From: a virus
Taxonomy: Duplodnaviria; Caudoviricetes
Length of the DNA: 27,658 nucleotides
IMG/VR virus record: IMGVR_UViG_3300028025_000556
Coordinates: 1-27,658 of that record
Direction: 5' to 3' (one strand)
Under the pieces are notes generated by a model. It ran no database searches. It saw only the letters and a list, made by a program, of their open reading frames with translations, and had not been told where the DNA came from. The translations under genes and the position numbers were made by a program. Positions 23,697-27,658 of this stretch are shown here, piece by piece. Every line of letters starts with the position of its first letter. The stretch's first letter is position 1.

Positions 23697-24182
23697 ATGT
23701 CCGCACTATTAGTAGAACCGCCATATCCAGCATTTGCGGATGCTGATGGACAGCCGCTTGATGATGGTTACATCTGGGTTGGCACTGCAAATTTAAACCC
23801 AATTACAAACCCGATTGCGGTCTATTGGGATTCATCACATACGATTTCTGCTGTGCAGCCTATTCGCACAAGCGGAGGTTACCCTGTCTATCAAGGCACA
23901 CCAAGCCGTATTTACACAGCAAGCGATTACTCCATTCAAGTCCAGAATAAAAACGGCACGGTGGTTTATACCTCGCTGAATGACAATGCTGCTGGTGGCG
24001 GTAGTGTGGCAAGTAATGCAACAGGCAATGGAACGCAGACTATTTTCTCTGTTGCTTCTGCGCCAAGTGCGATCTACATTAATGGTGTGTATCAAAATCA
24101 AAACACTTACTCATTTGCAAATGGTAATGTTACGTTCACAGAAGCTCCACCATTCACCTCTATCATTGAATTCGTGTTCTAA
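23697..24182 (+). CDS. Stand-alone tailspike head-binding domain (adaptor), 161 aa
   Basis: GQPLDDGYIWVGTANLNP...QPIRTSGGYPVYQG...YSIQVQNKNG resembles the P22 tailspike N-terminal domain; no catalytic beta-helix. Confidence 0.8.
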   Translation: MSALLVEPPYPAFADADGQPLDDGYIWVGTANLNPITNPIAVYWDSSHTISAVQPIRTSGGYPVYQGTPSRIYTASDYSIQVQNKNGTVVYTSLNDNAAGGGSVASNATGNGTQTIFSVASAPSAIYINGVYQNQNTYSFANGNVTFTEAPPFTSIIEFVF

Positions 24183-24193
24183 GGAGAACCAGA

Positions 24194-25111
24194 ATGTTAA
24201 AAACAGTCTCGTCCATCACCAACGCCATTGGTGCATTGAATTACAAAGGCACATGGGATGCCAATGCCAATAGCCCTCTGCTGACTTCCAGCGTTGGCAC
24301 AAAGGGCGACTACTATGTGGTCAGCACAGCAGGCACAACCAATCTGAATGGCATCAGCAATTGGGGCGTTGGCGATCTAGCAACTTTCAACGGCTCGGTT
24401 TGGCAAAGGGTTGAGGGTGGTGCAGACTTGAATGGCGTGAATTTATCAGTTTCAGGCACAAGCACACTGTCAGGCTTGACCGCATCTACTGCGCTGGCAC
24501 TGAACGCAAGCAAAGAGATAGTCAGCGTAACTAATACTGGAACTGGCAACAACGTACTTGCCACAGCCCCGACTTTGGTTGGTGATGTATCTTTGTCCAC
24601 TGGCAACTTAATTATTGGAACATCTGGAAAAGGCATTGACTTTTCTATCACATCTCACCCAGCAGGCATGACCAGCGAATTATTGGCTGACTATGAAGAA
24701 GGTACTTGGACTCCTGCTTACACCACCAGTGCTGGTGCATACGCAAGCGTAACTCATTCTATCCAACTTGGACAATATCGAAAAGTTGGCAGTCTGGTTT
24801 ACATCACGCTGTCATTGAGAACTTCTGCGGCAGATATTACTGGCGCAACAGGCCAAATGCTTATCTCAGGTTTGCCATATACAGCGGCTACACAATCCCA
24901 AGGAATTGCAAGCATGAGCGTAAGTTACGCAACCATTTTTGCAAGTATCCGACCAATGGGCGCTTATGTTCCTAGTGGTGGAACTACCATGTATTTGACA
25001 TACATCACAAGTCCAGTTGGCTCAAACTGGGGTGAACTTGCGGCAACACAATTGTCCACAGGAAACCCAGCTAACATTCTTTTGTTGTCTGGCTGCTACA
25101 TCGCCGCTTAA
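24194..25111 (+). CDS. Tail fibre-like protein, 305 aa
   Basis: YKGTWDA...GDYYVV...W.VGD module; GKGIDFS...LADYEEGTWTP C-terminal module. Confidence 0.75.
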   Translation: MLKTVSSITNAIGALNYKGTWDANANSPLLTSSVGTKGDYYVVSTAGTTNLNGISNWGVGDLATFNGSVWQRVEGGADLNGVNLSVSGTSTLSGLTASTALALNASKEIVSVTNTGTGNNVLATAPTLVGDVSLSTGNLIIGTSGKGIDFSITSHPAGMTSELLADYEEGTWTPAYTTSAGAYASVTHSIQLGQYRKVGSLVYITLSLRTSAADITGATGQMLISGLPYTAATQSQGIASMSVSYATIFASIRPMGAYVPSGGTTMYLTYITSPVGSNWGELAATQLSTGNPANILLLSGCYIAA

Positions 25112-25120
25112 GGAATAATT

Positions 25121-27319
25121 ATGGCACTGACCAAAGTTAGTTTTTCGATGATTACTGGTGCGTACACCAACGTCAAAGATTTTGGCGCGACAGGTGATGG
25201 CGTCACAAATGACACTGTTGCAATTCAAACGGCGTTGGATTCTCTTACCGGTGGCGGGGTTCTTTATTTCCCACCTGGCGAGTACAGAATTGCTAGAAAC
25301 ATTGGAACCAATGATCGTTGGGGCATTAAGGTAACAAACAGCAACATCACGATCAAAGGCGATCAGGCATATTTTCGTAGATTTAACACGGATATTTCAA
25401 CTTATGCGTTATCGTATCCGCTTTTGTTTGTTGGCACACCTGACAGCAATGTTGCCGCGCAAACGCAAAATGTGGTTATTGATGGCGTTTCGTTCATTGG
25501 TGAAAACGTGCGGCACAATGTGCCTGGTGCTGGAATTTTTGATTTTAGAACTGCCATCGTGTTTAAAAACACAGAAAACACTTCAGTGTTGAATTGCAGT
25601 TTTACAAAAGTGGATTCATCGGCGATTTGCTATGAGCAAATTGCAACATACGATTACGTGAACAACGTCTACTACAACACAACCAAAAATTACAAATCAA
25701 AAATTAGCGGTTGCACGTTTATTGCTGAACCCCATGCAGTTGCGGGTCGTGCGCTATTACATTGCGTCAATGCGGATGGTATTGATGGTTTGGTGATTGA
25801 CGGTAATTCTTTTGAATGGACTGACGTTTGCTTGTCGGGTGAATCTACTTACGACACAGCCGATCAATTAGAAACCGCAACATTTACTTATGCATCACCA
25901 CCATCACGCAATGCACTTGGTGCTGTAAAACGTCAAACACGCGACATTGTTTTTTCAAACAACAACTGCTACAACTGCTCAGAGCACCCAGCTTATCCAG
26001 CAATGGTTAGCGTAATTATTTCAGGCAACACGTTCACAACCGACACCCCCTTGATTTGCGACACAAGCCCAATTCAGTTGCGTTGCCGTGGCGTATCGGT
26101 TACGGGTAACACTGTCATTGGATATTCAAATTTCATTGCGATTACCACCCCATCATCCCAAGTCACAGTATCTGGAAACGTTTTTTATGCGAACGATGTT
26201 GCAGATAAAGAAGGCGGTGCAATTCAGATTCAATCGGCTGGATTGGCTTCATACATTACCAACCGAAGCCCATATCTAACAATGATTCCAATGGGCGACA
26301 TTGCAATTACAGGAAACAATGTTGTTGGCCCTGAAGCCTTAGTGCCAACTGGGCAGCTTTATCAAAATGCTGTTCGTGTCTACACTGACGCATACGATGC
26401 AACAAATTTTCCAGATGGACAGATTTTAAGCATTGCAGTTAGCGGTAACACTTTTAGCAATTGGCAAAACGGCTTTTACTTTATTGATGACCAATACCGC
26501 AACATGGTCATCAGTAACAATGTGTTGAGAGCCAAAGCGTTTACCGAGGCTGGTTTTAACGCCTCAACAACCATGCTGACTCGATCAGTCATATTGACTT
26601 ATGGTCAAGTTGAGGCTGAAGGCCGATACGCTAGTTTTGTCAATAATACAGTTTATGGCGCAAAGTATTTTCACGATACATTCCGCTTAGATGCCCCTGC
26701 AAACTCTTTGTATTCACCAGAGCCAATCCAAGGCAACAGACTTGATTACATTCAAAATATCAAAACACCAGTGGTGCGTGACTTTAATGCTCTAAATCAT
26801 TTTGTCAATAATGTCGGAATTCTTTTTCTTGACAGAGCATGGTCAACTAACATGATGATGAATTCATTGTCTGATGGCACTGGAACAACAGAATTAAAAT
26901 GGAACTTTGCCTATGGTGGTGGCCCACCAGCCGCCCTGCTGTTTTATCCAGCAGATTCTGGGCCACCTATTCGGTTGGCTCAAAAAAGCACGTGGACACC
27001 ATCTCAAGGTTCTGGTCTAACTGTTGTTGGTGCATTTTCATCTGCTGGCGAGTATGTTCGTAATGGCAGCATGGTGACAATCAATGGATATGTTCAAGGT
27101 GCTACTAGCGTAGCTTGTGCTGCTGGTGGAATCTTAACCTCTAGTTTGCCGTTTACACCTGATGGAAGTACAGTTACGTTTTACACTGGTACAGCCGCTA
27201 ATTCAGCAATAACATCAGGAAGTCAAATTGTGGTTACTTCCGATATCAATACAATTGACGCTATTACAGCAGCAAGCCGAATTTATTTTACGGCAACGTA
27301 CTTTTTCGTTCCATTCTGA
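25121..27319 (+). CDS. Tailspike with pectate-lyase-like right-handed beta-helix (putative depolymerase)
   Basis: NVKDFGATGDGVTNDTVAIQ...LYFPPGEY; repeated (I/V)SGNT rungs. Confidence 0.9.
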   Translation: MALTKVSFSMITGAYTNVKDFGATGDGVTNDTVAIQTALDSLTGGGVLYFPPGEYRIARNIGTNDRWGIKVTNSNITIKGDQAYFRRFNTDISTYALSYPLLFVGTPDSNVAAQTQNVVIDGVSFIGENVRHNVPGAGIFDFRTAIVFKNTENTSVLNCSFTKVDSSAICYEQIATYDYVNNVYYNTTKNYKSKISGCTFIAEPHAVAGRALLHCVNADGIDGLVIDGNSFEWTDVCLSGESTYDTADQLETATFTYASPPSRNALGAVKRQTRDIVFSNNNCYNCSEHPAYPAMVSVIISGNTFTTDTPLICDTSPIQLRCRGVSVTGNTVIGYSNFIAITTPSSQVTVSGNVFYANDVADKEGGAIQIQSAGLASYITNRSPYLTMIPMGDIAITGNNVVGPEALVPTGQLYQNAVRVYTDAYDATNFPDGQILSIAVSGNTFSNWQNGFYFIDDQYRNMVISNNVLRAKAFTEAGFNASTTMLTRSVILTYGQVEAEGRYASFVNNTVYGAKYFHDTFRLDAPANSLYSPEPIQGNRLDYIQNIKTPVVRDFNALNHFVNNVGILFLDRAWSTNMMMNSLSDGTGTTELKWNFAYGGGPPAALLFYPADSGPPIRLAQKSTWTPSQGSGLTVVGAFSSAGEYVRNGSMVTINGYVQGATSVACAAGGILTSSLPFTPDGSTVTFYTGTAANSAITSGSQIVVTSDINTIDAITAASRIYFTATYFFVPF

Positions 27320-27334
27320 TCACAGGAGAAAATC

Positions 27335-27583
27335 ATGGCTTTAAAAAAGAACTTTGAACATAACGGAATGAAAATTGTTGATGGCTATTTGAAAGTAATC
27401 AACGTGAATGGCGATAAAAATCGTATGGCTGTTGTGTTGTCCTATGCAGTAGATCAATCACACAATCTGATCAAAACAGAGCAATTTAGCTTTGTGCCAA
27501 ACATGGATGCTGGCAACTTTATCCAGCAAGGCTACAAATACATCAAGTCATTAAATGGCTTTGAAGACGCAACCGATTGTTAA
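27335..27583 (+). CDS. Putative tail fibre assembly/chaperone protein, 82 aa
   Basis: AGGAG RBS; NFIQQGYKYIKSL..FEDATDC; follows the tailspike. Confidence 0.6.
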   Translation: MALKKNFEHNGMKIVDGYLKVINVNGDKNRMAVVLSYAVDQSHNLIKTEQFSFVPNMDAGNFIQQGYKYIKSLNGFEDATDC

Positions 27584-27589
27584 ACCAAA

Positions 27590-27609
27590 GCCCAAGTGGA
27601 TTCTTGGGT
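27590..27609 (+). promoter_or_regulatory. Intergenic hairpin without U-tract
   Basis: CCCAAG-TGGATT-CTTGGG just upstream of an AGGAG RBS. Confidence 0.5.
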
Positions 27610-27626
27610 CATACTAGGAGAGCATC

Positions 27627-27658
27627 ATGCTTGAGAAAATTGAAATTGTTGACAAAAT
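27627..27658 (+). CDS. Partial ORF (MLEKIEIVDK...), probably tail-associated
   Basis: AGGAG RBS and ATG 27627; runs off window end. Confidence 0.6.
   Translation, partial: MLEKIEIVDK

Larger units (their letters stand above)
1..27658. mobile_element. P22-like podovirus genome segment (phage, or prophage with boundaries outside the window)
   Basis: Continuous phage gene order: recombination - HTH switch - replication - nin - terminase - portal - scaffold - coat - gp4/gp10/needle - ejection proteins - tailspikes. No host genes, integrase, tape measure or lysis genes seen. Confidence 0.97.

Noticed and set aside
27590-27612. Terminator after the chaperone-like gene
   Set aside because: Hairpin lacks a U-tract.
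23697-27658. Diversity-generating retroelement or invertible tail cassette
   Set aside because: No reverse transcriptase, invertase, TR/VR pair or inverted repeats seen.
1-27658. CRISPR array, tRNA, intron/intein, integrase/att, lysis cassette
   Set aside because: None seen by eye; terminase, portal and coat have normal lengths. Lysis or integration genes may lie outside the window.

Overview
The whole window is part of a P22-like podovirus genome with lambdoid gene order. A proteobacterial host, possibly a freshwater betaproteobacterium, is my impression only. From left to right: (1) a leftward recombination operon (partial SSB-like gene, YqaJ exonuclease, Sak3/DUF1071-like annealing protein, small ORFs); (2) a divergent switch with only a 52-aa Cro-like HTH gene and no cI; (3) a heavily structured RNA leader and a DnaA box ahead of a short replication protein; (4) a dual-coded C5 cytosine methyltransferase locus; (5) RusA, NinB and nin-region genes; (6) a ParB-N6/N4 methyltransferase; (7) terminase, portal, scaffold and coat; (8) gp4/gp10/gp26-like tail genes, three ejection proteins and a modular tailspike set. 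The most striking observation is the C5 MTase locus (2913-3739). It appears to encode two subunits in overlapping frames (M.EcoHK31I alpha/beta style), and a G13 tract at 3410-3422 crosses both frames. Adding one G (or losing two) restores both subunits at once, while other lengths swap their C-termini, so it is a candidate phase-variable switch; a homopolymer sequencing error must be excluded. Other highlights are a C4/CI-like RNA attenuator, an H-type pseudoknot before the scaffold gene, a pR'/tR'-like late promoter-terminator, a DDxxD protein in the gp14 slot, and a 13-bp repeat flanking the ejection module. All family calls come from motif recognition and synteny; no database search was run.
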